From the NCBI GenBank assembly GCA_951406725.2, contig OX597814.1:12400001-12464000 (forward strand): a stretch of 64,000 nucleotides of DNA, written 5' to 3'. Below the pieces are notes generated by a model. That model ran no database searches. It saw only the letters and a program-made list of their open reading frames with translations, and had not been told where the DNA came from. A program made the position numbers and the translations under genes. This document shows positions 27,250 to 42,320 of the stretch, one piece after another; positions within the stretch are counted from its first letter, which is position 1; the number at the start of each line of letters is the position of its first letter. The DNA is from Octopus vulgaris. Lineage: Eukaryota.

Positions 27250-27915
27250 GATTTCGAATTCAAGTCCAGCAATTTTAGTGGGTGAATGTAAGTTGATTAC
27301 ATCGAATTCTGTGAGTGATACTATATTTTATCGATTTCGAAAGGGATGAAAAGCAAAACTGGCCTCAGCCGGATTTGAACTGAGTATGATGATTCGGAAG
27401 AAATGTCGCAAAGCATTTTGTTCGACCTGATAACGACTCTGACAGCTCAGTGTCTTTACCGTGTAGATTAATATTTATTTAAACATTCATTTCTAGTATT
27501 GGCTCAAGAAATAATGTTTTACTCATGATGTTGTTTAATTTCTCGTCAACATTTCTTGTGTAGATCTGTGACCAAAGACAATCCGGTTATTACTATCTAG
27601 TTTAGTTTTTCAGACTATACGCTATATATTTGTTTGAAGATAGTATGTTTTGGGTTTGAAGAAAGTTTGACTGCTTTATCTTACAGATCAAGTGACTACA
27701 TAAAAGGACTTTTATCAAATTGCCATTGATGAGAATATTGGTTTCAAATTTTGGCACGCAATTTCGGGGCTAAGTCGATTACATTAACTGGTACTTATTT
27801 TATTGACCCCGAAAGGATGAACGACAAAGTTGACCCCGATGGATTTGGAATTGAAAACATAAAGACAGATGAAATGTCGATAAACATGCTAACAATTCTG
27901 TCAGCTCGCCACCTT
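27250..27915 (-). mobile_element. Two old family-A-related SINEs
   Basis: Degenerate copies at about 27250-27455 and 27735-27915. Confidence 0.6.
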
Positions 27916-27999
27916 AAATTGATATGAATGTTAAAAATAACCAGAACATATGTGAGATTGGCTAAGACAATATTACAATTTTTCATTTGAAATATCTTT

Positions 28000-29280
28000 T
28001 TATTTACCCATAATGTATCTACAGATGTTCATCTATGTACTGATAGATGGAAGTTAATACCCGCATTGTTCATCAATGTTTGGAAACAATCATCTCAAAG
28101 CTATAGTATACCAATGCTAAGGAAAGTAAACTACAAATGTACAACAAACTTCCTATTCACATAAAGATCAGTTATTGAGCAAGACAGCAATAATTAGAAG
28201 GCCTTTGAATCAGGTCCACCAGTTGTGGATTCTGGCAATCTTTAACGTGGAACCAACTATAGCAAGTTGGTACATCGACAGTTAATGGAAGACAGTTTTT
28301 ATTGATCAGGGGGAAAAAAACCTACTAGAGAAGGATATTCCCAGTGGTGTGCCTTCTCCATACCAATTTTATGATGGAAACATATTTAATCAACATGATA
28401 AAATAGATAGAATAGTGTTGTGAAAGTCCAGTGCAGCGGCATTTTGGCGGTGGGGGATTTTGGATGGTTTTAAGTACTAGTGCGAGGCCTGAGAGTGAAG
28501 ACGGATACATGATTGGTAACAAGAGCAGAAATGACGTTAGACCCTTGGTAAAGAATATAACGAATTAGTTGCAATGTATGGTGCGTGAGTATTTGCAGCA
28601 AGTGAGGTACACAGAGAAATATTTTACGGTTCAGATATTAGTCTTGCAGGAAATGTGGTACTGTGTAAGATCCGTCCAGACTGTAAGTCGGGGGAATTTT
28701 CTAGAGTTGCTGTAGGTTGTGTGTTTTGTTTGAACGTTTGGGGCTCAGCTAAGTAGGAAGCACATAGATATATGTTTGTAAACTTTGATTGAAAGCAGAT
28801 ATACAAGAATCTCATGGCTGTCACTGTGCTGGATGCTTCAAATTGTTCAGTGGGGAAAGAGGTAGTTAATATAGAACTGGCTGAGCTACTTGTTAGCTGA
28901 TTTGAAGAACAATTGATTCCGGGCGTTTCGTAATATTGTCCGGTATGTAAATACGTCATAGAGGGTCATGATAGGGTAATGGCCGGATTTCGAGGCAAAG
29001 GCATATTCAGCGACAATATGGTAGAAGTTGCATTTGGAAGCGAGAAATGGTCATGCGTACTTAGAGTATATGAATGTCTGCCAGGGACGCATAACGGAAT
29101 TGAATAAATTGATGAAGAGAATTTAGGTTTTGCGGTAGCTCGGTATGGGATAAATGGTATAGGATATGAACGTGAGCCAAGAAAAGGTTTGAACACAGAA
29201 GTAACAATGGGCGATGACTTTAAAAAAGAGTAAATTGATATAAATGTTTAGGAAGTAATAGAAAATACATTAGAAGCGTT
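28000..29280 (-). pseudogene. Possible highly decayed non-LTR reverse transcriptase remnant
   Basis: Faint RT-like words on the minus strand in the expected order (MEKAH..W near 28350, YIDE near 28030); many stops and frameshifts. Confidence 0.3.
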
Positions 29281-29818
29281 TTTCTTGTTTACAGGAGTTT
29301 GGAGAGAGGGAAAAGAAACAGACAAACCTGGAAGCGTGGCACAGGGTGCTTTTCGGACGAGAGAAGTTTTCCCTCGATATAATGGTAAGTTATGCGAGTG
29401 GCAGGGAGAGAAGAATTTACATATGTTAATACTATTTTTCAGTATTATCTGTGTGACAATTTCGTTAAAAATCAAGATATTAATCTTATATACAAATAGT
29501 ATTTGAATTTTATAATCTATGATACTCGTATTATTCTGATACGGTCTAAGCTAAACAGTGTTTTATCTAAGGAACGAATTTTGAAACAGGATCTGTCATA
29601 CACACATGAGTGTATATTATTCAAAGCTAAATGGCTTTGAACCAATGGAACAAAGCCCCAAAGTTTATAGTGTTTATATTTTTCGGACGATATCAATAGT
29701 ATTTACACATTATGTTAAGTATGATAGGTATATTAATACGTATGCATATATTTATGTGTATATGTGCGCATGTATGAACTTATATATAAATGGATATGTG
29801 TAAATACGAATGCCCATG

Positions 29819-29878
<60 letters not shown>

Positions 29879-30097
29879 CTATTTTATACACACACGCACA
29901 CACATACACACACACGCACACATATATGTATTCATTTTTTAAACCTCCATCTGTTTACTCTCCACATTGCATTCCGCAGGAGACCGTAGGCTCGAAATGT
30001 CAGAGACTTTTTTCCGTTTTTCACGAACTTTAATCTAATATATCCTGTTTGCTGTTCCCTACCTTTTTCTTTTCTTTCTTGTATAATTTTGAACCAT

Positions 30098-30102
<5 letters not shown>

Positions 30103-30132
<30 letters not shown>

Positions 30133-31876
30133 CATACATACATAAATGTATACATACATACATACATACATACATACATACATACATACATACATGCATA
30201 CATACATACATACATACATAAATGCATACATACATACATACATGCATACATACATACATGCATACATACATGCATACATGCATACATACATGCATACATA
30301 CATGCATACATACATACATGCATACATACATACATACATACATACATGCATACATGCATACATACATGCATACATACATACATACATACATGCATACATA
30401 CATGCATACATACATACATACATACATACATGCATACATACATGCATACATACATACATACATACATGCATACATACATGCATACATACATACATGCATA
30501 CATACATACATACATACATACATACATACATACATACATGCATACATACATACATGCATACATACATGCATACATGCATACATACATGCATACATACATG
30601 CATACATACATACATGCATACATACATGCATACATACATACATACATACATGCATACATACATGCATACATACATACATACATACATGCATACATACATA
30701 CATACATGCATACATACATACATGCATACATACATGCATACATGCATACATACATGCATACATACATGCATACATACATACATGCATACATACATACATA
30801 CATACATGCATACATGCATACATACATGCATACATGCATACATACATACATACATACATACATGCATACATAAATGCATACATACATACATACATACATA
30901 CATGCATACATACATGCATACATACATACATGCATACATACATACATACATGCATACATACATACATGCATACATACATGCATACATGCATACATACATG
31001 CATACATACATGCATACATACATACATGCATACATACATACATGCATACATACATACATGCATACATGCATACATACATACATGCATACATACATGCATA
31101 CATGCATACATACATGCATACATACATGCATACATACATACATGCATACATACATACATACATACATGCATACATGCATACATACATGCATACATGCATA
31201 CATACATACATACATACATGCATACATAAATGCATACATACATACATACATACATACATGCATACATACATGCATACATACATACATACATGCATACATA
31301 CATGCATACATACATGCATACATGCATACATACATAAATGCATACATGCATACATACATACATACATACATGCATACATACATACATACATGCATACATA
31401 CATGCATACATACATGCATACATGCATACATACATGCATACATACATGCATACATGCATACATACATACATACATACATACATACATACATACATACATG
31501 CATACATACATGCATACATACATGCATACATGCATACATACATGCATACATAAATACATACATACATACATACATACATACATACATACATACATGCATA
31601 CATACATGCATACATACATGCATACATGCATACATACATGCATACATAAATGCATACATACATACATACATGCATACATACATACATACATACATGCATA
31701 CATACATACATACATACATACATACATACATACATACATACATACATACATACATACATACATAATACATACATACATACATACATACATACATACATAC
31801 ATACATACATACATACATACATACATAATACATACATACATACATACATACATAATACATACATACATACATACAT
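30103..31876. repeat. About 1.77-kb (CATA)n satellite with interspersed CATG and TAAA variants
   Basis: Continuous 4-bp periodicity. Confidence 0.97.
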
Positions 31877-31924
31877 TATTTGTCACAACGTTAACAAAGT
31901 TGTACGGGAGGAGAATAATAACAC

Positions 31925-32135
31925 TTTTAAATTTTTGAATAGGACCAGCAGCTTCGGTTTAGGGGTTAGTCGATTATGTCGATCAGATTGCTCGACTGGT
32001 TCTTATTTTGTCGACTCCGAAAGGGTGAAAGGCAAAATCATCCCCGCAGCGTTTGAACTCAGAACATAAAGGCGGAAGAAATGTCGCCAAGAAATTTATC
32101 TGCCGTGCTTATAATTCTGCAGGCTCGTCGCCTTA
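31925..32135 (-). mobile_element. Old family-A-related SINE
   Basis: ccgaaagggtgaaaggcaaa and tttgaactcagaac motifs. Confidence 0.65.
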
Positions 32136-33172
32136 CAAGCAGAATGGTTTTGTAGATCGATTTTCTTCGATTTCGTTCTGTAGTTAAAATGACTGTCTTT
32201 TAAGGTAGAACCGGGAACAAGTGCATAAAAGAAACTACAGAATCTTCCGTACCTGCTATTTTACAACCCAAAAATCAAATAATTGATAGAAAAGTACAAT
32301 TTCAAGCGAATTTATATATAGCGTGTGTATACATGTTTGCGCGCGTATGTATCGTATGCTTGTAGGTACATATATGTATATTGCTTGTACGTTACGAGAG
32401 TTATAATACTAGGAGAATAACTAATACTGGTTGGACTTTGTTTCCTTATGGATAATTAATTAGTTAATTGATCAATTTATTTATTAATTGACAATTAAAT
32501 CAAGAAGTCTGTATATTTCATTGGCACCCTTGTACAAGGATATCTGTTTTAACCCAGTTTTAAATCAAGGGCTTTGCAAAAGCAATACATAGATACATAC
32601 CTACCTACATACATACATACATACATACATACATACATAAATACATGTATATATATTCACACGCACACACACACATATATAAATATATATAAATCTGAGT
32701 GTGCGCGTGCGTATGCGTATGTATATATGGTATGTATGCGAGTGAGTGGTGTTATATCCCCTAAATGATATCCTTCTTTTAAAAGTTGAAAGCTTTGACA
32801 ATATGTAGGAATTATATTTTTTGTGACATTTTGGAAAGCAGGGATACTCATATATTGGTGTATGTGTGCGTGTGTATGTGTGTGTGTGTGCATGTGTGTA
32901 CATGCGTGCGTGTGTATGTGTGTATGTGTGTATGTGTGTGTTTTTTCCCCTTGTTTTCACGTTTATATACGTCCATGTCCTCTGCTTATGCGACCGTTCA
33001 TCCGCTACCCGTTATATACTTGCTTCGCGACATCCATCACTCACCACACACCGTTTGCCACACAAGTTGCAGACCGATAATTCCCACATGTTCAAACGGG
33101 TTCACTTCTGGCGTATTTTATTACATTCATCATTTACCCGAGTCGCGAGTGTCTGAAAAAAATATATCAAGA

Positions 33173-33174
<2 letters not shown>

Positions 33175-33211
<37 letters not shown>

Positions 33212-33214
33212 TAC

Positions 33215-33257
<43 letters not shown>

Positions 33258-33261
33258 CAAA

Positions 33262-33296
<35 letters not shown>

Positions 33297-33398
33297 AAAC
33301 TTATATATATATATATATATATATACATACAAAATTATATATATATATATATATACACAGATACAAAATTATATATATATATATATATATACACATAC

Positions 33399-33492
<94 letters not shown>
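33175..33492. repeat. (TA)n minisatellite punctuated by a recurring (c)atacaaaatt spacer
   Basis: About six units of TA run plus spacer. Confidence 0.9.
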
Positions 33493-33495
<3 letters not shown>

Positions 33496-34296
33496 ATAAG
33501 GGGTCGGAAGGCGTATTTACTACACGGGTTGGTCGAAGGAAGATTGAAAGAAGAATAAATGAAAAGAAAAGAAAAAAATAAACAAACAAAAACCTCCTCG
33601 AAAGACAAATAAAAATAAGTAATACTATGCTTTCGGAAGTTTTCCCTGTGATTTTCCTGAAACTATTATGTTCCTATTTCAATATTGTTAATCTATACGC
33701 AAATACTGGGGTCGATTTAATCGACTATACGCTTCAATAGAAATGTGTATCTCTGGACTAAAAACTGAGAACATTAGAGAAAATATTAATATCAAATATA
33801 AACAAGGAAACAAAGACAACATGAAAGGTTTCGTGATATTTTCTTTTGGATCATAGTTGTGTGAAATTTAAGCACACACACTGACATTCACACGCACGCA
33901 CACATACGCACATGCACTCACACACATGAATATACATACGCAAGCACACACACACACACACATAAATATACATCTGTGGATATTTGGATATTTGTTTCCT
34001 TGTCTTTCGAACATATATATATACATATATATATGTGTGTGTGTGTGTGTGTGTATGTGTGTGTGTGAGAGTGCGTATGCGTGTGTGTGTCCGTGTGTGT
34101 GTGTGTGTGTGTGTGTGGTTGATTACTATATATTCGTTTTGTATTGGTTTACACATTTTCCTTTTGTTATTGGGGAAATTATGTTTACACGCATCTACAT
34201 TTATGTTTGTATGTATGTATGTATGCATATATGTATGCATGTATGTATGTACTTGTGCATATATATGTGTCTCTTATTCTCTCTCCTTCTCCCTCG

Positions 34297-34336
<40 letters not shown>

Positions 34337-34799
34337 ACACACACACACACTTACACATGCATTTGGGTGTGTGCATTTGTTGGTATATATGTACATATGT
34401 TGGTTTAGTCTAACACCTAATCCGTACTGCTCGAGATCCTTTTGCAAATGTGTTCCAAGCATGATTATCTGATCAATTTGTGTTCATGTTTTCTTATGAA
34501 ACTAATGGTGTGTTTCGAAGAAGAGTTTGGTCGCTACTTTTAACAGGTCAAGTGACTACATAGAGATGACACGATGGATTGTTAGACTATGATCCCGTGC
34601 TTAAATGTTTTTTCTTTTAGTGGTAATTTCTGTGTTTGGTTTATGTCTACGTTATGTGTTCCACTCTAAAAGTTTATATCTTGAGGGGGAATTTGTTTAC
34701 AGATTTATCGTTATTATAATTCCCGTAAGTGAAAATGTTTATAGAGACTAAGCCAAACCATTCCCCCTTTTTACAGTCTATATTTTGCTCGTCAGGTTA

Positions 34800-36290
34800 G
34801 CAGATCCCACTTTTCTTCAAGATATACTAACATAAGATCTGAAAGCTTTACAATAAGGTCTCGCTGATCTGCATTCCCAATAATTCTTTCATAATGGTTT
34901 CCTGTGAGGCATTTAACATGTTTTATTCAAAAGAGAAGCAACATGGCCTAGTGGTTAGGGCAGCGGACTTGCGGTCGGAGGATCGCGGTTTCGATTCCCA
35001 GACCGGGCGTTGTGTGTGTTTATTGAGCGAAAAAAACACCTAAAAGCTCCACGAGGCTCCGGCAGGAGGTGGTGATCCCTGCTGTACTCTTTCATCACTC
35101 TAAAGGCGGTGCTCCAGCATGGCCGCAGTCAAATGACTGAAACAAGTACAAAAAAAAAAAAAAAAAAAAAAAAAAAACATAAAACAAAGCGTATAAGCTC
35201 TGGAGAATCGTAAAAACGAAGTGCATACCTGAAAGCATGTTGTGCAATAATTAATCAGTAAATTCAGGTTAAACCATCTATATGGGATATAAAACATGCG
35301 TGGATTTTCCTTCATGATCTGCTCCTGGACGCATTAATCCTCCACTTTCATAACTGAACCATTATCATACCCCTAAATTCTACGGTTATGTAAAGTCCAG
35401 CTTGCACTCCCTTAGAATATCAAGTATATTTTCATGTAATAGTTTATATGTATCTATTACTGGTTTACAATTAACAAAGTCTCCTTTCTTGGACTCTCTT
35501 CTACATCTGAAAAATATATTACAACTGAAAGTTGCAACACACGATTTATATCTTGTAGTCTACGATAATATTTGTCGTCTTTAGCTCAGGTTAAACAATT
35601 TTCTGAATGGCATTTCCCAACAATTGATCATTTCATTCTAAATAGTCTTTTTTCCCCCCAACAATAATGAATGTAATTTCCATTAGACGCAACCCGACGT
35701 AAATGTTTGCTAATTGCAAAATGAAAATTTCTACGCCGCTAAAAAAAAATGTCCTATTATGCAGTGTAAATAATGTGTTTAAATTTTCTCTGAAAGCCAA
35801 ATTGTATTCAGCTATATACAGAGTGATACCCATTAAACGTTGCAAAATTTCACAATGGTCTCCTTCTTTTCTGACACGCGGATGCATCTCTTTATCACTA
35901 GTTTTATTAGTCTGCAATAACAGTGCTGTCTCAAACCACTTCTTAAGACATTCTTGGCAATGTATTCTATTTCCTTGCGATTGTAAATATTCATTATCTT
36001 GCTTCCTGTTATTTATTCCAGATTTTCATATAAATCACTTGTTTGGGAGGGCAAAACCTTGTCAACAATAGAAATAAATTATATTGGGGATAAATAATTT
36101 AACTACCTTCCAAGAAAATGGAAATATTTATATATCATTGCCACAGAGAAACTCTTTATTTGAGAGACGTTATTTGTATATTCGGTAAGAGTGCAACGTT
36201 TATTAAATAGGATGTCTACGGGTCACAATGAATGCAGTCAGTTCACGGCACTGGTAACTATTCTGATTAGTGTCGGGTTATCACAGTGGT
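34800..36290 (-). pseudogene. hAT (Tip100/ZMYM1-like) transposase remnant interrupted by SINE C
   Basis: Minus-strand peptides in hAT order: LQRLMGITLYIAEYNLAFRE (about 35790-35850), GYDNGSVMK..VQEQIMKENPRMFYIP..FNLNL (about 35255-35372), KPL*KNYWECR (about 34868-34900). Confidence 0.72.
34935..35177 (+). mobile_element. SINE family C with poly(A) tail
   Basis: Homolog of 12723-12953; 3' end ggcggtgctccagcatggccgcagtcaaatgactgaaacaagta is nearly identical to the family B end. Confidence 0.88.
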
Positions 36291-36711
36291 TCACATTTGA
36301 TTTGAGAGAATCTACAAATTTTCTAGCTGGTTAATGATGCACACCTGCATCCAATATATTTAGAGAAGGGGAGAGAACCCCTACCACATTCTAGTGATGG
36401 GACCAGCAAAACAGCCTTGTTTCTATACACGCTCAACCTGATCCCTCTTATAGCTTTTCTTTACCTCGTGGAATGATCTCCTGTAAAGACACCAGAGTTT
36501 AAGGTCTAAGTTCGAATCTTTTGAGCAGTAGTGTCTTCTATACGGAGAATATATATATATATATACACACACTTATATATATATATACACACATCGCTGG
36601 TCACAATGCGTTCGCAATGTTTTAGCCTTCGAATGACGCCACCCCGCTGGCTAAGCGAGCAGGCCAATATATATATATATATATATATAATATATGTGTG
36701 TGTGTGTGTGT

Positions 36712-37592
36712 AGTTTGTCCGTCGATGCGACGAAGATCATCTAGTCATCCTGTGGTGGGGTTGGGCTAGTTTAGTGAGTCCGCAGATGGCTAGTGAGGTC
36801 TCATATGTGTTGGCACCCTTCTCTGTGTAGAGCAGACTGCTCCCAAGTGTCATGGTCGATGTCGAAGGCTTTCAGTGAGGCTTTCAATATGTCCTTAAAG
36901 CGCTTCTTCTGGTCGCCTTGTGAGCGCTTTCCCTTTTGCAGCTATCCAAAGAGCTATCTTTTTGGTAATCGATCGTCTCTGGCAAGCGAGTTACGTGCCC
37001 TGCACTGCGAAGCTGAGACTGTATGGATGCTGGGCAGGTTAGCACGTATTAGTACCTTGGTGTCCGGGATCCTGTCCTGCCACTTTATGCCGATAAGTTT
37101 TCTGAGGCGTATTGTATGAAAGTTGTTCAGCTTCCTGGCATGATGCTGGTAGACCGTCCAGGACTCGCAGTCGTAAAGCAGTGTTGTGAGAACAACAACC
37201 CGGTACACCTTGATCTTTGTCAGGATGGTGATCCTTCAGACAGTCTTGCGTAGCCTGCCGAAGGCAACGCTTGCCTTGGCGAGTCTAGCGTTGATTTCGT
37301 CATCGACGACAACATTTCTAGAGAGTGTGCTGCCAAGGTAGGTGAACTTGTCCACCGCGTTCAGTCGCTGCCCGTTGATGGTGATGTTGGGTTCAACCTA
37401 GGGCTTGGTTGGAGCTGGCTGATACATTACCTCAGTCATTTTTGGATTGATAGTAAGGCCAAAGTTGTCGCAGGCGCCAGAGAACAAGTCAACGCTGTGC
37501 TGCATGTGGCAGCATTGAGAGTGGCAGCATTGAGAGCGTGGTCATCGGCGAACAGGAGGTCGTTGGCGGTATCTACTGAAACCTTGGTTTTC
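36712..37592 (-). mobile_element. RTE (BovB-like) LINE, 5'-truncated and decayed
   Basis: Minus-strand peptides LFADDHALNAA, FTYLGSTLS and YRVVVLTTLLYDCESWTVYQHHARKLNNFH..IKWQDRIPDTKVL; the 3' end runs into (CA)n. Confidence 0.88.
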
Positions 37593-37691
37593 GCTAAACA
37601 CTCTCACATACACATACATGTGCGTATACGTGTACATGCGTCAACACGCATATGCAAGTATGTGTGCGCACGGCTTCGTTTCGGGCTTGTT

Positions 37692-37885
37692 CCCTAGCAC
37701 AACTTGACAACCATCGTTGGTTTGCTTATGCTACCATGGCTTAGCAAGCATTTCGGCAAAAGTGCCTGATAAAATAAGTACCAAGCTTTAAAAAGGTACA
37801 AGCTCAGTTCGTTTGACTAAAACTCTGCAAGCTGGTGCACCATCATGGAATCAGTCTAATTCCTGAAAAAAAGATGAAAGACTGA
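37692..37885 (+). mobile_element. SINE family B, degenerate 3' half
   Basis: cttgacaacc..ttcggcaaaag..ataagtacca..gactaaa motifs. Confidence 0.55.
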
Positions 37886-37889
37886 AAGA

Positions 37890-37944
37890 CATGTGTATGT
37901 ATGTGTATATATGTATATGTATATATATGTATATATATATATAT

Positions 37945-38031
<87 letters not shown>

Positions 38032-38039
38032 GTATATAC

Positions 38040-38076
<37 letters not shown>

Positions 38077-38268
38077 CATAATATACACATGTGTGTGTAT
38101 GTATGCATGTGTGTACTTATGTATGTATATGAATGTATATGTATGTAAGCATGTATGTATATGTATGTATATATATATACAAATATATATATATATATAT
38201 ACATGTATGTATGTATTTATGTATGTATGTGTATGTGTGTTGCATCTTGTGTGTGTGTACGATGTGTG

Positions 38269-38301
<33 letters not shown>

Positions 38302-38723
38302 ATACGTGCGCTCATGTGTAGGCATGCTTCTGCATGGTTAATCACACATACATATCTGCGTATAAAGAGTCTTACAGAATTACATACACGTATGTATGTA
38401 TATGAATGTATATGTATGTAAGCATGTATGTATATGTATGTATATATATATACAAATATATATATATATATACATATGTACACATATGCTCACATACACA
38501 CATACATACTCATGCATACATATTTATATTCGTATATACATGCATACATACATACATACATACGCATACACGTACACACCTATATTTTTGTGTAGAGATA
38601 TAGTTATATGTATATGTCTGTATGCCAGTGTATACGTGTATGTAATTCTGTAAGACTCTTTATACGCAGATATGTATGTGTGATTAACCATGCAGAAGCA
38701 TGCCTACACATGAGCGCACGTAT

Positions 38724-38758
<35 letters not shown>

Positions 38759-39178
38759 CACACATCGTACACACACACAAGATGCAACACACATACACAT
38801 ACATACATAAATACATACATACGCACAAGCATACAAATATACATACATACATATATACATACATACATACATACATACATACACGCATACATACATACAT
38901 ACATACACGCATACATACATACATACATACATACATACATACATACATACATACATACATACATACACACATACATACATACATATATACATACATACAT
39001 ACATACATAAATACATACATACATAAATACATACATACATACTTCTATACATACATACATACATACATACATACATACATACATGCATACATACATACAT
39101 ACATACATACATGCATACATGCATACATACATAAATACATACATAGATAAATACATACATAATACATACATACATACT
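37890..39178. repeat. TA/TG/CATA microsatellite field containing a 190-bp inverted duplication
   Basis: 38205-38393 is the reverse complement of 38632-38822. Confidence 0.9.
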
Positions 39179-39922
39179 CATTCATAGAACTAGGTCATGA
39201 ACAGTTTTCCTCGAGACTTTCATCTTAGAACCCATAACCATAAGTAAACACACGTCAATATAAGGTTTTGTTAAGAAAATAACCGAAAATAAAGACCAGT
39301 TTAATAATGTCCAGTGAAAATAATAAAGATCAAAAAAGCTTCAAAAAATCCTTCTTATTACAACTAGATTTCTCTTTGACTAGACACAAAGTGAATTATT
39401 GAACAATGAACAGCCTCGAGTATTTACACTTAACGACCCCATATATATGAAAAGCAATATTAACCTTGTGACTATTTGAAGTCAGAATCTAGAAGATAAA
39501 AAGCGAAAGAGAAATAACTAAATATTTTTCTATTTAATTCGGTGTTCCTCGCTATATACATTGATCAACGTCAAGGAATTTTTTCTTCTGATTAAATTTC
39601 TTCGTCGCGTCAAATTCGGAGCAATGTCCTCTTCTTTTAAATGTATTTTGTGAATATAAAATGTAATTCTATGTTGGCGGTACACTGACAGACAAAGAGA
39701 CAGAGATAGACTCACACAAACATGTATACACGCACATATATGTATGTTTGAATGTACGAATATATGTAAAAAAAAAAAAAACTGCGATTAGCTTAATACT
39801 TTATAGTCACTCAGCATAGACAGACATTAGGTTCAATTCTCGTGGGCTTTCTTTGTTCACTTTTACTATTTCCGATGGAACTTATATATATTAAATGTAT
39901 GTGTGTGTTCGTAAGTGTATGT

Positions 39923-40492
39923 CCGTATATACCTCGGTATACGAGTTAGTTTGTTCTCAGAGACCGTTCGTAAAGCGAAAACACGTAAAGTAGAGTAATA
40001 ATTCCCAATAATAGCGATGTAATTCGTTCCCAGAAAAATATTTTACCTATAGAATTTATAATACTCTTAAATGAATGGCAGTTAAACAACACTAGAAAGT
40101 AAAGAATATCTTATGTAAAGTAAAAAGAATGTCAACAGCATTTATAATAAAACATATTATTATTATAATCGTTTGCTGAATCACTTTCACACGCACTAGA
40201 CTCGCGCACGCACCATCACTTGTGGATGCAATCGGTGATTCATAATCATTCGTAGACGGACTTGTAGATTTCTTTTTCAAAAAAAGCAAAAAACGAAAAA
40301 CAAACAAATCTAGTATTGTTTGCTTAGAAGAAGCTTTTCTTCACTCTCTATAAATTTCTCGGTAACACACAAAAGCATTTGTTATGGTAGCAGAAACTTT
40401 TGCACTTCGTTCAAAATTTGGATCTTGTGCGTGAAAAGTAAAATTCGTAAACCTGGTGTCTCGTAAAACGTTCCTCGTAAAGTGAGGTATTA

Positions 40493-40495
<3 letters not shown>
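39923..40495. mobile_element. Tigger/pogo-like MITE
   Basis: Imperfect terminal inverted repeats atacctcggtatacgag and ctcgtaaagtgaggtattactg, followed by TA. Confidence 0.6.
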
Positions 40496-40570
<75 letters not shown>

Positions 40571-41053
40571 ATATACACTCGCCACATACATGCACACACA
40601 CATATATGTGCATGGGTACATATATAGATATATGTATATTTATGCACACATACGTACATGCATCATATAGATACATAGATACATACTGCATAGGCATATA
40701 TTAAAACTGAAAACTGGGAAGTTTATTTTTTTTTGTCATTGTTCTCTCTTGTCATGATTACTCACCCGTGCTAAGAGAGTACAATAGCTTACGGCTGATA
40801 GCTAAATACAGGCAAGCTAGATATTTATAACTATCATACGAACGAAATTCACTCTTTTTACCTATTTTCTTTTTGTTTGGTTTGGTTTGTTCTCCCTATT
40901 AAGAATATAACATTGTGGTGGTGGTTCCCTGTATCTTCACATCGATCAATCGACCGATTGATAAAACGGAACCATGACCGTACCCAAATGCATAACTGAA
41001 ACAGCTGTAAGCATATGATAAATAAATAAATGTATATAATCCATTATTTCTGC

Positions 41054-41057
<4 letters not shown>

Positions 41058-41151
<94 letters not shown>
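41058..41151. repeat. (TATC)n microsatellite
   Basis: Perfect array with no insertion. Confidence 0.97.
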
Positions 41152-41566
41152 ATTTGATGTAATCAAAAGTTGACAGTCTAGTCTGAGTGCGCTATATTTA
41201 TTCTGTTAGGTAAATTCTGGATGTGCTTAAGTAAAATGCCACTGAAGACCCAATTTGAAAAATTTGGTTATATATTCAGTCAGATTGTTATAATTTCTCT
41301 ACATATGTGAAGATACACACATATAATTTATGATTATATATGATAATTTAACTGAATTTATTTCATATAAAGATTAATTATTTTGTTTCGAATTGGCATT
41401 AATTGTAGTTTTATTTACAAATGACTAAAAGGTTACCTATTACAACGATATGTGCATTCATATTTTACACGCTCCTACACAGTATAACGTGACGCTCGTT
41501 GGCCGTGGAGAGTTGTCTAAGAAAATCAATTCCTTATAGACCTTGTTTGTGAGAATTCATGATATA

Positions 41567-41798
41567 TATTTCTTTACTACCCACAAAGGGCTAAACACAG
41601 AGAGGACAAACAAGGACAGACAAACGGATTAAGTCGATTACATCGAACCCAGTGCATAACTGGTACTTAATTTATCGACCCCGAAAGGATGAATGGCAAA
41701 GTCGACCTCGGCGGAATTTGAACCCAGAACGTAACGGCAGACGAAATACGGCTACGCATTTCGCCCGGCGTGCTAACGATTCTGCCAGCTCGCCGCCT
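41567..41798 (-). mobile_element. SINE family A
   Basis: 15-bp TSD agaattcatgatata at 41552-41566 and 41799-41813. Confidence 0.92.
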
Positions 41799-42289
41799 AG
41801 AATTCATGATATAGGGCGCTGACTGCCGCTAGCAGTGAACTATACACGTGTTTCGGGGGCGAGGAGAGTAATACCGCTTCAGTAAGAGATACCGTTTTAG
41901 TCACTGTTATAACCTGTTATAATCCCTTTATATTATGCGTTAAAAAGGGTTTTCTGATATGTTCTGGCGTTTGCACTTCCTCAGTTTTCGTGATGCTTGT
42001 CACAGGAGGTGCATTCTCACCGAAGCACAAGTCAGGTAGACTACTGAGATCAACCAAAGCTCAGCTCAGTGAAATTTTACAGTCACTCTACGAGATGAAA
42101 TATTTCTCCTTGGTAAGTTAACATCTGCGTTTAAGTATACAGGAGCGTTTTAGATATAAATGTATTCATCTTTACTTTGATTATCACTGCTTTGTGTGCT
42201 TATTATGGATTAGTAAATGAGAAAGCCTCAGTATACATTTACAAATGTATTCTTTGGGAATGTAACACCCACGATAGTCGAGGGATTAC

Positions 42290-42320
<31 letters not shown>

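Noticed and set aside
29932-31886. ORFs of 539-646 aa (MYVC/HTYI repeats)
   Set aside because: They are translations of the (CATA)n satellite, which lacks stops in most frames; there is no protein-like complexity.
33175-33492. Regularly spaced repeat-spacer pattern, superficially CRISPR-like
   Set aside because: The spacers are TA runs, there are no cas genes, and the context is eukaryotic.
34935-35010. Apparent tRNA genes (also near 12880-12953, 13279-13350 and 50863-50950)
   Set aside because: A and B boxes are present but continue into SINE bodies and tails, and the acceptor stems are not intact.
39530-39690. Minus-strand acceptor-like site followed by a short ORF
   Set aside because: The pyrimidine tract is a CT/GT simple repeat and the peptide has no recognisable features.
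41482-42123. Possible second solo LTR around the SINE at 41567
   Set aside because: No clean TG...CA ends or TSD.
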